From NCBI GenBank assembly GCA_051362555.1, contig CM120640.1, positions 64,706,788 to 64,770,787 on the forward strand: a DNA stretch of 64,000 nucleotides, given 5' to 3'. Below, piece after piece: positions 14,201 through 27,724 of this stretch. The first letter of the stretch is position 1; each line of letters starts with the position of its first letter. Made by a program: the position numbers and the translations under genes. The notes under the pieces were generated by a model. That model had not been told where the DNA came from. It saw nothing but the letters and a program-made list of their open reading frames with translations, and searched no databases. This DNA comes from Lingula anatina (taxonomy: Eukaryota; Animalia; Brachiopoda).

Positions 14201-17200
14201 GGCCCCCTAGAGACGTCTACAAAGCATTGGATGCCAAATTGGGGTTGGCAGGCTCCACGATAAAGCAAAAGCCACGCGCTCATCTTCGGGGCTTTCGTGA
14301 CAGTGTAAAATGAAGGAGGGATGATGTCGATATTTCTTTATTAACCGAGGAAGGGGGAAACAAACTAAGTGTAATGAGGTTTTGTGACTTAAGTTTTTCC
14401 TACAAATAGATTTTTTTTAACGGGGATGTGGCCCATGCAGCACCTGTGTGAATGCGTCTTAAACTCACTTGTGTATTCTTCAAAAGTGATAATTACAAAC
14501 TTAATGACTCTTGTTCTTACGGACATGAGTCGCCAATTTTCTGTATCAATACAAAGCGAGTTTTGTGATTAATTGGTCAAATATGAATTAAACGTGCAAC
14601 GTATCGGAGAATCAGGCATAAAAATTAACTTCGAAATTCGAGATCACGCGCAAAAACTCAGAATGGTGAGAGATGGTTCTGAATTGTGATCGGTACGATT
14701 TAAACATAGTGATCGTTTTGATAGAATGTTTTTAATAAAAGGAAAAGTTGGTGTCGATATTACACGTATCTGAATGGTTTCATTGTGTTAAAAACGAGAC
14801 TCCACAAATTACTTATTTTACTGATTTTACAGATAATAGTATACGTTAGACAACGGGATAGCAAATGAAAGTATTAAGCTAAAATCGAAAGCGAAAATTG
14901 ATAAAGAAATGTCTTAATATTATGTGCGATCATGAACCTGCGTGTATCCGAAACTCAAAGCTTGTGCATTTCGTGGCAAAAAGCTCCCACTTTTCCGTGT
15001 AATTTGACCATCAACTGACTGCATCTCAAATGGGCAGACAGATAAATATCTCCACTGATGACAGAAACCTTCGTCGCTCCCTTCTGGCTCAGGTGCATAA
15101 AGAATGGATATCGGAGCTTTACCAATTTATAACCCCCTCTTCGAGATATCAAAATCTGGACCAAACGCTTATTAAGAAGGCAGCTAGTGGTTATTAATAT
15201 AATTGTGGTTGTTTATGTTGAAATGTACTTGTTTGCGGGGGTAAAGATTACAGAAAATCTGGAAAATCTAATAACATTATTAGTATGAGTGCAATTCTTC
15301 AGTACTGTGTGAACTATGCAGAAAATATATCGACGTGACTAAAAATTGTGAAGATTGTGCCGATGTATTCGCAATTAAGGTACTGTAATAAAGATACGTT
15401 GACGACAGCAATGCCGATGCAAGCTCCCCTTTGGTATTAGCTGAAACCAAATTTATATCCATCATTTGAAAATCCTCCTAAAGGTTGCAGTGGAAACTAG
15501 AGAGCTCGGATAACTTTATTTGTTTCGGAGGTTACCCTAGTAATTTACGCGATTTCGACCTCTGCAATAAATCGTTTCTGTCAATGACATTTCTTGACTC
15601 GACCTACTTAAAAAGAAAAGTTGATGCGATTGATATTATTCCCTTGGGTCATTAGCATAGTGCTAATGCAGATATTACTCAACATATCACATATATGAAA
15701 TATGGGGCAGTTCTTCATTACGGTTCTCATGAGGGAATTGGCACTCAACGCTAAATATAATAGTTATTCCACATGTTGTATTTACTTAGAAAAAAAAACC
15801 CCTCCAGTTCCTAGGTCCAGCAATAGAAACGCACCATGAAAACGCGTTGATTATTTGTCCATAAGGTTAGAAATAGAATATCAGACATAATGCTTCATCT
15901 AATTACTACATTAGAAAGTTCAAGATCGAGAAAATGAGGGGTTTTAACTTGGTTATCCCAGCACGGGGGGGACTGATTGCTTCGTTATGACTGTAGATTT
16001 TTACACGCCATAAACGCTTATTCAGCTGAGACGCCATAATATGATTTTAGTCGATGTTGAAAAATTGCATTTCAGTTTGTAGTCGTCTTTTTATTTATTG
16101 TACCTCCAGCGTGAGTGGTACAAATTTCATCTTATTTTTGTTGTTGTTGTTCTCTCGATGAAAAGAATGTATCCGTTCAATGAATTAGAAAAACGGCGGC
16201 AATTTATGTTTGATATTTCAATGAAATTGTGTCCTCTTTGTGTCTTGGAATTGATTTTAACAATATTTTCATTTCGTAGGTAGCACTCACTAGCAGTCAT
16301 AACTCATAATGGGCTTCTGAAGCCTCATTCGTGTTAGTGACTGAATATTCCCATACAAATGTCAAATTCTTTCATCGTTCCTCATAAATGGAGGACCTGC
16401 CGGCAGTATATTAAAGAATGCCTACATATCTTGTTGCCTAAATTCCCGGAAAAAATCAAGATTTAGAAGATCCTTTTTTTTGCTTCAAAGTAATTCCAAA
16501 TGTCGTGACACGTAAAGTAACTAAATGGTAAATAAGACAAGTCCGTGTTTTCGTGCCTGTAGATCTTGCTCCTGCTTGGTACAAGTGTACATGGATTTTC
16601 TTAATGAGCTTTGCTATATAATGCATGATGTCCGTGATCAATACTCGATGCACTCTACTGAGGTGCAACCAACAGCTCAATGTTCATCGTCTCTTCATAT
16701 ATATTTAATTCTTTACATACACGGACCGCGCGCTCTCTTTTCCCTACGGGTAAAATCCTTGTCTTATATATTATGCATTTGTGTGGACATAAATTATGAT
16801 TTCTTTTTACCTCACCCCATCCCTTGCCCCTCCACAATCACAAAATCAACACATAAATACGCGTTTTCCTCTGTTTGATGATATGGTACTCGTATTAGTA
16901 ACACTTGTTTCTGACCCTATTGTAATTAACATAACACATCCATTAAGAACAGTGGAACAGAATATACCAAGTAATTACTCTGCGAATTATTGTTTCTCCG
17001 TCCCAGTGATGACAGCAGCACAGTGGTTGTAATTTAGATGGCTTGTGTCTCCCAAAGCTTTAATTCAATCATTAGCTACTATCATCCACACGTTACTCAT
17101 TCTAATTCAATAACACGGGAGGGATACCCGTTTCAACGTCTGGTGATGCTATTTCGATATCTCTTAATTTGAGAGTATTTATCTAATAGGCATCGCTCCT

Positions 17201-20200
17201 GAGAATTAGTACACGAGACTTTCATGTAGACGTAAGATTTGAACATTTGGGGGTAATTACTAGTCATTTTGGGTATATAAAGCACATTACCGCGTATTGA
17301 ATTCACATAATGTAATGTCGTGGTCAGGATTTGTACTATCTCTCAGAGATATTGAATACCACGTGAGTAGATAAATGGTACTGAAACTTCAGACAGTTAC
17401 AATATGCACATGATATAGGGTATGCAATACAATGCACTAAGTATCAAAGCTCACGCAATTCAAGTGAAGTTAGGGTCAGTTCGAACATTTTTAAAATTTT
17501 TTGTGCATAATGCATTGCTATTACATTGTTATATGTAGTATGAAAATATCGAAAATCATATCCACTTAGCTGTGATGATAGTTGAATTGTGACTGATGCA
17601 CTGAATGTAGAATTGGAAATAATGGATTTAACAAGAAGCTTATGAATTCCACGCAGAAACCAATTAATCTGCTTTGCTTGAAAGGGTCCATGGCTCTCAT
17701 GACTTTCAAATAAATCCAAAGATCGAGTTATCCTTCTTGGCGAATGAAAAATAAAACCAGTGAGTTTAATATCCGCCACCTGCTTGGCGTCATTAAAAAA
17801 GAAAGAACGTGCGGATGAAAAGTCGGATTGTCTGATATTTACCAATTGGCCACTTGAAAGAAAATTTTGGGAGTCCAAGGTCTTATTACAAGATCCCCGT
17901 AGGAATCCAAGTATGAAACCACGTGCTATAATTTGATACGGTAAAGATGTGGGTCCGGAAACCTTGAGCGAAATTTCACACATAACATGCAACGAGGATA
18001 GATTTTCATGTGAATAACTATTTGTATCAAATGGTAGGGGTGTTTATAAATACATTCGGAAAATTCAATTAAGAAATCAAACATGCCAAGTTGCGGAAGC
18101 AACTATGGTATCAGATCATTTGGAAGAGAGTCAAGTTTCTTGCTACGTATGTAATGCCACTTCTATGCTGTTATTTACAAAAAAAGTTAAACTATTTTAG
18201 ATTACGTAATATTCTGCAATTAGGTCCACAGACTTGTAACATACTTAAGTGAACGTATGTGTGTTTTTGGGCAGCACTTTTAACGTTTTTATTGCATAAG
18301 AACGTGTATTTAGGTTTGTGCAGTAACTTTTGACTTTTCAAAGGTTTTGCTGCTCTTCTTATTCACTTCAATTTCTCGTTTCATGTACAGATCTGGACTT
18401 AGAAGTCCTTGCCACGTGGAGGGATGGAGATAACTACATGTATGGGAAGTTCACTAACAAGAATATTGTTACATCCAAGCGGCTCATCTACCGGTGCTTT
18501 GTAAGTTAAATTCTCTAAAAATGCTTTGATTTTCACTCCTAAATGTTAGTTTTTCGCTTATATTCAAAGCAGCGATTACGAATGATAATCAGATACCAAT
18601 TTCCTATGTTTAGGATTGTTGACAAGATTGTAAGGATTTAACTTAATCGTTGGGGAGAACAATGTTTTTCTTTTGTTAAATATAAATGTTTCATAACCTT
18701 GTTATGTTTTCCAATTATCTGAATACTTTCCCTGTGCTTGATTTGGACGGTGTGTTTCGTTGCTAGGCAACCCATGGTTACATCTTACTGCCCACGGTTA
18801 TCTATGGCCTTAGATATTTTCGCGTGTTTGCGTAAAGGAAGATAATTTTGTACATGAAGGACGGGCAGACTTATTGCATGCGTGCAATCGTGTAATCTTT
18901 TCTTCTGATTACTTTGAAAATTGCCTTGCCAGAAAGGCATGGGAAGCAAATATCAAATGTTGATTGTAAATACCAGCACAAAAGATCTATTTTCGTGTCG
19001 AATAGGTCGATTTGCTACACAAAGATTTTGCTGAAAAGTTAAATTGGATTTATTTTCTGAGCAAATGAACTTTTGTTATTAGATAGTAAGATAAAGTCGC
19101 CTGGGGATTCTTTTTACTTGTAGAGAATGTTTGTGTTCTGAAGAGAAGGAAATGCTCGACAAAGTTCAGTTATCTTATATGTAACATATTTCAACTTCTT
19201 GCCAAATTGAAGTAACCAGCCATTATTATTGCCTTTTGTCAGCAAAATTCAAACGTACAAATAAATAAATAAATAAATAAATAAATAAAACATTTTGATT
19301 CATTCTTTTTATAAGGGTAACACAACATCGGTATATGATGATCAGGAAAAATTATATTTATCTGGTTTATAAAACTTAAAGAGAAGCCCAGTGCCATTGA
19401 AAACATAAACTTTCAATCGATATTTTAGAATCTTTACGATCTTTGTAAAATGAACAGGTAAGAGAGTCAGCGTATCTTAAGATATCAAGATTGTGACAGC
19501 TTTACCATAAAGACTATTATAGATTTTTTAATGTGATGTAATATGGTTTCAATATTTACTTTCTTTGTAGAAATATGAAGTCAGAGGCTCAACCGTATCT
19601 CTTGCCAGCTCCGCCGATGCTCTTTGCCAAGGAATTTTCAGTGTAACAGACGCTCCGCTAACTATGACTTTGTCGAAAGGTGAGCAATATTTTGGTTATT
19701 AAAGCCTAGCCAACTTTTTTTCAGCTTTTACTTTTCATTCATACTTTCCTTACCGATTTTAAAAGATGTATATCCGAAACAGCAAAACGGGATTAGAAAC
19801 ATTACGTGCACTACACTTTTTAGTAACAATGCGAATTTTGTTTCTCATTGGTTTTCCTTTAGCGTTTTAACTATTCAAGATCATATTTTATGCGAGTTTG
19901 CTGTCGGTTTCTGGTTGACTTATAATGCAAAAAAAAAAAAAAAAAACAACATATAATGGAATATAATGGAGTCCTTTCTTTTATTACGCCTTTTTCGATT
20001 TTTGACACGACAACAGCTTATTTGATACGGACATCCCTCTCCGAAGGTTACTTTTTTGTTTAAGGAAGTTCTTATACTGTTTGGGAAGCTAAGCCTTTTT
20101 AGCAAATTGGCCAGGAACAAAGTAGCCAAATATCAGGACTGCGTGCCGTAGGCCATAGATCTGGCCTCTCAGACAGGCCATCTGTGCCTCGTAAATAAGA

Positions 20201-23200
20201 CCAAATGGACTCCTATAAGTAGAAGAAGGAAAACACAAGACACAGCTTAAATCTTAACTTGCGCCAACTAAATCAAATTTATTTCCTCTTGCTCTACCTT
20301 TATTAGTTTTTGCACTTGGACGAATCTAGATCTCGAAAGCCAAACTGTAAATATGTGTTCTAAAAAAATCTATTGTTTTATGCGCTTCTCTTTTACATAC
20401 ATTACTCAACTATTCCAACATCCCCGCCCATTAGTTAGTCAAACCTAGCAACCTATCTTTTAGTCTCAGTATTTGAAACTGCCATTTATTGTTCAAGAAA
20501 TGACGCGGATTGCTATTTGGCTAATGCAAAATATCTAGACACATAAGTTTCAGTTCTAAAATCTACTAATGGATCAGACAGATATAATAGATTTGATATT
20601 TATTTTAAGAGTTCTCACTGCTCTTTCTTAGGAAAATTAAGCTGAGGTAACATTCCAGGTCCTAGCATTTGGAATTTGAGGAGTTGCTTTTCTTAAATCT
20701 AAACCAAAGGGAGATAGGTCTTATAATAGACCAAAATGAATGGAAACCGCACTGTTATCAAAACGTATCCTTATCTGTGCATTATGCTTGATTTAAATTT
20801 TCAATCCGATAAGAAAAAGACGCGGTCTGAATGTTCACCAACACTGTTTAAGACAACATCAGTGAAGTGCTCAGTTTTGAAAATAATCGTCCTTTGCAGC
20901 CACTTTCAGTGTCTGTATCAAGCTGTTCTATTACCTGTTTCAGATGGCCGCTGGCCCATGCCGGGATGCACCTTCCCGTCTTGGGTGACACAAACAACGT
21001 GGAGAGACATGGCCTACGCCTATCAATACGAAGCAGATGATGATGGATATAGCATACGTATTAGGCATTCAAAAATTCCAGGGTACCCATTCAGGATCAT
21101 GAAAGCTCTAAGGTGTCAAACTGGAAACTCTAGTGCTAACGTTTTTGAAGCTGTGAGTTATACGTCGCATGGATGGTAAGCACTTTTACAATTTTTCGAA
21201 GTTCTTACTTTTCTTCCTCCGAATTTTACATATTTTTAAAAACTGAATGAGGTACGTGTAACTTTAACACCAAAGATAACATCTGTGGCAAACACTGTTT
21301 TACATGGTTATTTATCTTTTAAACATATATTGAATCTTATATAATTAAACTTGTCGTCTTTATTTTAGCCACTCAAATTACCAGTGCGTAAGATTCATAA
21401 AGAGGCAAAATAGTGTCATAGAAGTACACACGGGTAAGTGAAACGAGCTCGACGCAATCAATCCCATCCGAGGCACAACTGACGCAAGCGCAGTTTAAAT
21501 TACATTTCATTTTTAGTGTGCCTATAAAAGAATCGATATAATATTTCATTAAGGCTTCCACGTAAAACATATTGCAAGTTATATTTTTAAAACATTAAAA
21601 AATGATTTAGCCATAATTATATTTTGTTTTCTAGGAGAAATGGCATCAATGTTTGAAGACGCTTGCAGCGGGAGATACACACAGAACCTTGAGAAAAAAG
21701 TTTTGATACGTAAGTCATATCATTTGATTTCAATGGTTTCATTTATTTGAGTGTGTTTTATTTATTTATTTATTTATATAACCCAAGTTTTAAAGTAAGG
21801 AGCCGATTTTTCTGCGAGGCAGACCATGATTCGGCTGCACCCATTGTTTGGGGTCTTTACAGAAACCGAAGTATTTTTATTGAAAAATGTAAATTAAGCC
21901 GTCTACAAATTTCTTTAAAATTCAACATAAGTGCTGTTACTGTTATAACATTTGACTGATAATCCGATAATGTCAACACACATCATGACTTTCACATAAA
22001 CATGTGCAATTAACTTTCTAGCGTCTAGCATTACCAGCACGCTTTGCCCAATGGTGAACAATTTCAGTATACGCACAGTCATATCACCAAAGTGCCAGGA
22101 TACGATTCAAACCGGTGGTTGTTATGACAACTCCAAAGTTAAAGTACAGCTCTGTGAAAACGTTGCTGGTTCGTATATTTTTTAAATGTGTGTTTATTTT
22201 GTAAATATATTATATTGATGTCAAATTATGTTCAATTGCTTCTGTGTGATCTGTATCATGATGTCAACATTTTTCTGACGACGTTAATCACTCAATTGCT
22301 GTTAATTTATTTGAACATATATTCTGAAGGTGCTTAATATTAATTAATCGATTTAATTTTTTTTTCTTTAGTCCAAACCTTGGAGTGCCTTATTAGCTGG
22401 AAAGAGCAATCAAAAACATTCCTAGTTGCGAAGATTCCCGATGAAGACAACATGATTGCAAATTGCTTTGTAAGTTCGAATTTATAAGACACAGAATTTG
22501 AAAATGGTCTGCCTTTTTTCTTACGTCAGGTGGACCTGTTATATAAGAGTATAATTATTGCGATAAAAATCAGTTTTAAGGAAATTGTCACCCTTCGTCC
22601 AAAACTCCGTATTTATTGCCTTGCATACATTCTTTTGGGTAATATAAATAAATCTTCAGTGTTCAGTGACTGAATTTATTAACGTTTACACATATGTCAC
22701 CTTACGGATGACGTCATAATTGCGATTTTGGGGTAAACACCTGAAAAATCGGTTTGTCAGATTTTTCTTTTACCTGAGCACCCACGATCAACGTTTCAAC
22801 GCCGGGTTAATGATACCATTCAGTACTCCAAAACCCTGCCAGCGATTTTTTTCTTTAAAGTCTTAGTTCGGATTTTATCATTGATATTTAGCCAAATAAT
22901 ACCTCTGGGTTAATGAAAATCTGTATCTAGGGGCTCATAACTCCATAACAAAAACATTTAAACCGAAATTATGATGGAACGGGATTGTAGCCTATACACT
23001 CCTGGTCAGCTCTGCCAATTTTCGTGATAAAATCTTGTTCAGGGATGAAGTTACGCCCCATACAGATTGTTATCTCACCTCAAAATAGAAAGGTGTCAAA
23101 TAGACTATTAAAACTTTGAGTTGCCTATGCTTATACATTGCAACGAAAAAAATACAAACTTTGATATTTTATACTTCCAAGTGTTTTTAATCAGCACAAA

Positions 23201-24023
23201 GATAGATACATATTGAATAATAAGATGCAGGAAAAAAATCTTTCTCGGTATCTGGATGATGATAAAGGGTTACAATATCCTTAAATTTTACAACTGAAAG
23301 ATAAAATGTACTAATTTGAACGTTTCTGCATTATTTTCAGACAATCAAAGATAACGGTGATAACGTACAGTTAACCATAGACGCTGGATGCAATGGAGAC
23401 GCCGCGTTTATCATAAGTCAACCTATACAGTACACATTTAAAGAACAACCAGGTAGGACGAGCTTTGCTTTGGTTTGTTTTAATCTGCTTTCTGTTATCA
23501 AAACTGAAAAGGTTCTCAGCTCGGCTTATATGTTTTCTGAAAAGCTAGACTTAATAGTGTTTTTTTACCACACTTTACTGTACCCACCATTTTTCTGTTG
23601 GAACCGTTAACTCTTCGAGGTAGTAAGACGCTTTGAATTCTGACCAAGATATGCTCGTTTCTTTGATTGTTGGTATTCAATTGAATAAATATAAAAGCGT
23701 AATTACGATATAATTGTACTTTACGTGGACGGTAAAAGATATATTGTATTCTTCCATGATCTTGTATTCGATTACAATATGTATATTGTATAATAACGTT
23801 GACTTTTTGTATTATTTTAGGGCCTTGTGAAACAACAAAACGCGACCCTTCAGATAGTTCAGAAGACGGTTTGAATTCCGACAGAACATCGGATTCAAAC
23901 AGTGGCAGCACAGACAACACTTACAATAGTGCTTCTTATTCAAGGACGTGCAATAATTTAATCACATTGTTAATTTGCAATTGCTTGTATATTTTATCAT
24001 TACAGCCACGGTTGTGCAGTTGA
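2900..24023 (+). CDS. Cys-rich secreted/GPI-anchored protein with DUF7044-DUF7042-DUF7043-DUF7042-type domains (first, signal-peptide exon not found; about 540 aa visible)
   Basis: 13 phase-compatible GT-AG exons: 2900-3047, 7666-7733, 9088-9171, 12715-12885, 18391-18500, 19571-19679, 20944-21175, 21369-21433, 21635-21709, 22022-22168, 22372-22469, 23341-23452, 23821-24023(TGA). The joined frame is open throughout: EECRFPSSWQGRWFQG..KGRC..ICYSCVVITERHFNVLQYKQ..ACVIRGDAPLFTLVR..PFQGAYTFTY..LATWRDG..YRCF..SADALCQGI..CTFPSW..ECLISW..NCF. It ends in a Ser/Asp-rich spacer and a hydrophobic tail. The family call is from remembered motifs. Confidence 0.85.
5285..5341. repeat. Short tandem duplication (about 25-bp unit with TACA repeats)
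   Basis: ATTTTTTACATACATACATACAGGC occurs twice. Confidence 0.85.
6037..6073. repeat. (CA)n microsatellite
   Basis: Directly visible. Confidence 0.95.
7857..7934. repeat. Compound microsatellite (CT)n(GT)n(GA)n
   Basis: Directly visible. The CT and GA arms are mutually complementary. Confidence 0.95.
8211..8246. repeat. (GA)n microsatellite followed by poly-G
   Basis: Directly visible. Confidence 0.9.
22580..23280. mobile_element. Non-autonomous DNA transposon with TTAA target duplication (Kolobok-like GG..CC ends), copy 1
   Basis: TTAA|GGAAATTGTCACCCTT ... AAGGGTTACAATATCC|TTAA. The interior is colinear with 42787-43435 (shared CTTTTACCTGAGCACCCAC, GTACTCCAAAACCC.GCCAGCGATTT, GTGATAAAATCTTGTTCAGGGATGAA). 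Confidence 0.75.
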
Positions 24024-26060
24024 TTTTTTTCTTGCCTAATGATACTATGATGACCAAGGTGAAGCATTTTTAACCTTGAATCTCGCTCTCTCCTTCATGG
24101 TAGTGATATATAATGATCGTCTGTGATGCTGTGGAATGACTATGTACAGAGCTCTAATTTCCACATTGTGTGTCAAGTTTGAAAGAAAAGGATACTCCCA
24201 TCGACGATATTCGTGTCTCATTCGAAACCAGGGAAACTCCCGAGTGGTAATCACTTTATTGAAAAGAAAATCTGGTTTAACTCTGCTCGTGTTTGACTGC
24301 ATTTCTTGCCTTGCTGATAGACTTTCGTGTCTTCTGCAACTCCCGGAGAAAATTGGAATAAGACTTTTACTTTTTTAATCATTATTAGAGACCTGTTATA
24401 TTTCTTCGTAGCATGTTTGTAATATTATGTTCTTATTCGATAGCGCATCAAATGTACATAGAACACTTCAGCCCCTTGTAAACTGCAATTACCTAAATTG
24501 AGCACTGTTGTCCCTGAAATATGTCTAAAAATGTTGAATAGTAGAGGGTTTTTATTTCAGGTATTCAGTCTTGCAGGACGAGACTAATTGTGCGAATTTT
24601 TTATGTTAAGGAAAAATCTTACATTGTACTAGCATACGCTGTTTGAGGCCCTGTTATTGGAGGCCTGTAATAAAGAGGCAAACCACGCGCCTCTGGGGAG
24701 TGTCTGGGTAACACCCCTGGGTCCTGACTTAATTAAAAAATTAATCTGGCGAAATTCTTAACTTGGTTAGTGCCTCGTTTGCTTATACCTCGCAACAGCT
24801 AAACATACTGTACATTATGTCGTAGCCTTACGTTAATATTGCAGTTAGTGCAAAACTAATACATAATTCAACACAAGTCCGAACAGTTCAAGGTGCTAAT
24901 CAAAAGGCAAATGAAAAGTTTTTTTTAATCTCAACACCCAATTTTAAATCAATTTTGACACACTATACTCATAATAATCATATTTTTGTTTATGATGTTT
25001 TATTGTATATATCTAAGGGTAAATATAGTAAATACGTTAGATTTCTTCGTTAAACGAAGATTTTAAAGTAAAAGAAGAAATTGGCAAATAAGACGTTACA
25101 ATACTCATTCAGACTTTTTACATTTTTATTGTTATTTCATGGTAAATCTTACAAAGTGTTACTCTTGTTGTGATGGACATTTGTGGATGAGAATGCAAGT
25201 TGTTGTTAAAGTTGTATACTCACATTTGTAAATATTGTACATTTCTTTCAAATACTGTACCTATTTCACAAGATGGTTTATTTTCATGTGATTTGAAAAG
25301 CGGTATTCTGTTTGGATGTTGGGAATTCTTGATTTATATTGGATAAACATAACCGACAACAAAGCATGACTGAGTCCAACGGTGTCAATTTATGGTAATA
25401 CAAAGTATGTATTTTTTGTGTTAATTTTATTTTAGGTTACACTTTCTGTATGACTTTGAGGTTGAACAATACGGGTTTATAGCGTATTGTAGTTTTCTTA
25501 ATGGATATTAAATTCACATATATTTTTGTTTTTATTTCACTGTTATTTGCTGTAAATCTAACTGAGAGGTCATAAGAATTTTTGTTTTGTTGAGATGAAA
25601 AAAGATTTCCTCGTGCAAAAAATACCGATAATACTCTGTATGGCCTACTTTTCACCAACAAAGCCTATGGACATGATCAATAATCGAACGAGTTAAGACT
25701 ATAATTTCAAATAAGGAATTAGTCCTACCAACGTTCTTGATTAATTAACTCATATAGATATATACATTGCATAATATTTCAAATGCAAGTCAATAAAGAC
25801 TGATACTAGAACATTTAACACTCCGCTATGTTTGCTCGTAAGTAATGGAGACAAACCTCACTAATGCCCAATTGTGTTAAAATCGGGAACTGAAGAATTT
25901 TTAAGAATAAAAAATGGCCACAGGCCTACATTACGCCTTGTTGTCAATTATTAGATGGGGACTAAACTTGGACAAATAAAACGTGTTGTTCGTCCATGGC
26001 CGTGATTTCTAGCTTGCATTACAAACAAATTTACGGTTTGATTTCACAAAATGTGATAAG

Positions 26061-26489
26061 TGTTATCGTTTTCAGAGGTGTGTCGGTCAGCCTGTCTATT
26101 TAGTGTAACGCTTCATAACAAAGTACACTTTTCTTTGTTCTTATTTTCGTTTATTCAAGACCATTGTGCTGCAAAGATATACAGAGCGATGAGCAAACAA
26201 GAATGCAATCATCATAATAATCTTATTCATAGCTATAATCTTACTATATGATAACTATAATAATAATGATAATATTAATAAAAGAATTAACAAAACTATT
26301 GACCACGTACGTGCAAAGATACAGTATACAGAGAGATGAGCAAATAAGAATGACAGAAAGGGCGGCGACGATATTTATAAACGACGAAAGGCGGGAAAGA
26401 TGACCAATGGGAATGAGAAAGTAATATGACGCCCTCGTGACAAAACAAAAGACGAACAACAGTGAAGACAATACATTCATACGGCTACA
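26061..26489 (-). mobile_element. Probable solo LTR
   Basis: TG...CA bounded 429-bp block with imperfect terminal inverted repeats (TGTTATCGT / ACGGCTACA). Minus-strand TATAAAT near 26373-26379 and AATAAA at 26150-26155 are in the expected order. Flanks TAAG/TTAG could be a 4-bp TSD with one mismatch. Confidence 0.45.
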
Positions 26490-27630
26490 TTAGTTATTTG
26501 TAAGTTTGCCTGTTAGCACTCTACAGGTCACAAGTTTGATCATATCACTTTCATTTTTCCTTGAAGAGGTATCCAAACAAGTAACTTTTTTGGGGTCAAT
26601 CAGTGACAAACTGAAAACTTTCTCTAATTTCTTAACCCTAAAAGCTAGACCTCTTGTTGTTGCATCTTGTAGAGTTATAAAAGGGCAACATTGGAGGTCG
26701 TTTCGCTTATTTGTTTTCCAAACGGTTAAGGAGTTACGTTGTTTCAAATAGTACAACGTCGCAATGTTCAATGGCGAGCAATGGTGCTTGTTTTCCAAGC
26801 CTTACATCTCCAAAACTGGCAGAGATACACCCATAGTTACTTTTGAACTTATATAGGAAGTTATACAATGTTACTGTGACCTGGAATATGACATTTGACC
26901 TTTTTTCATATTAAAATGACTTTCCCAAATTTCCAACCTTATATATCTACCTTATATCTCGCAGAGATCCATTCATAGTTACTATGGAAATGCTCTATAG
27001 GCCTACAGAAGATCTGATTGTCATAATTATTTACATTATAGGGGCCTACTTCTAGGAGATAAATTAAAGAACAAAACCAGTATTTATTGAATTTTCTAAG
27101 TGATCATGAGTAATACTTTACAGCTGGACGTTTTGCAATTGTTAGGCCTACAGTAACGTATGTTCCTTTTTGAGGTTAAACGATAACATATTTTTATCAT
27201 TCATGGTTCCAGAAAGAGTGAAACTTTGATACAAACTGCCTTATGTGGAACCCTAAAACAATCAAACATAGTTTGTAATCTGTGCACTAAATATTTTAAG
27301 AGCATGCCTGTGACCTCATTTGCACCTCTATATTGGTTTTGGTTGATCTAAAAAACCAAATTTGGATCCGCTTGTTTTTTTCACGTCAATTTTTTTTTTC
27401 GCTTTCATTTTCAGTGGTTGTTTCGAAAGTGTTCGCACGTCAGTGCAACGTTTCATTTTGATTCTTGAGTCTACTTTTGTATTGGTAAATAGGCACAGGA
27501 CAATGCTGACAATCTTCTTCTATATAAAAACAAAGTGGTATCTTTAGGGTTGTCATTTTATACGAATTGGGCTCATCTTGGCGAGTGCCACCTGGTGATC
27601 ATATAGATCGGCGTAGCAGTTGATGCATAG

Positions 27631-27642
27631 TTGCAAAGTCAT
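27631..27642 (-). promoter_or_regulatory. Antioxidant response element (ARE)-like site upstream of thioredoxin
   Basis: Minus-strand ATGACTTTGCAA matches RTGAYnnnGC, about 85 bp upstream of the ATG. Confidence 0.4.
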
Positions 27643-27724
27643 ACTCGCAAGCGCAACGTTCCCCAGTGATTTTCTAGGCTAACAAGACGTACCATAATCC
27701 GGCATTAACCCCAACAAAACAACA

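Noticed and set aside
17444-17992. 182-aa minus-strand ORF inside an intron
   Set aside because: Non-ATG start, no recognisable motif and no supporting splice structure; likely a chance ORF.
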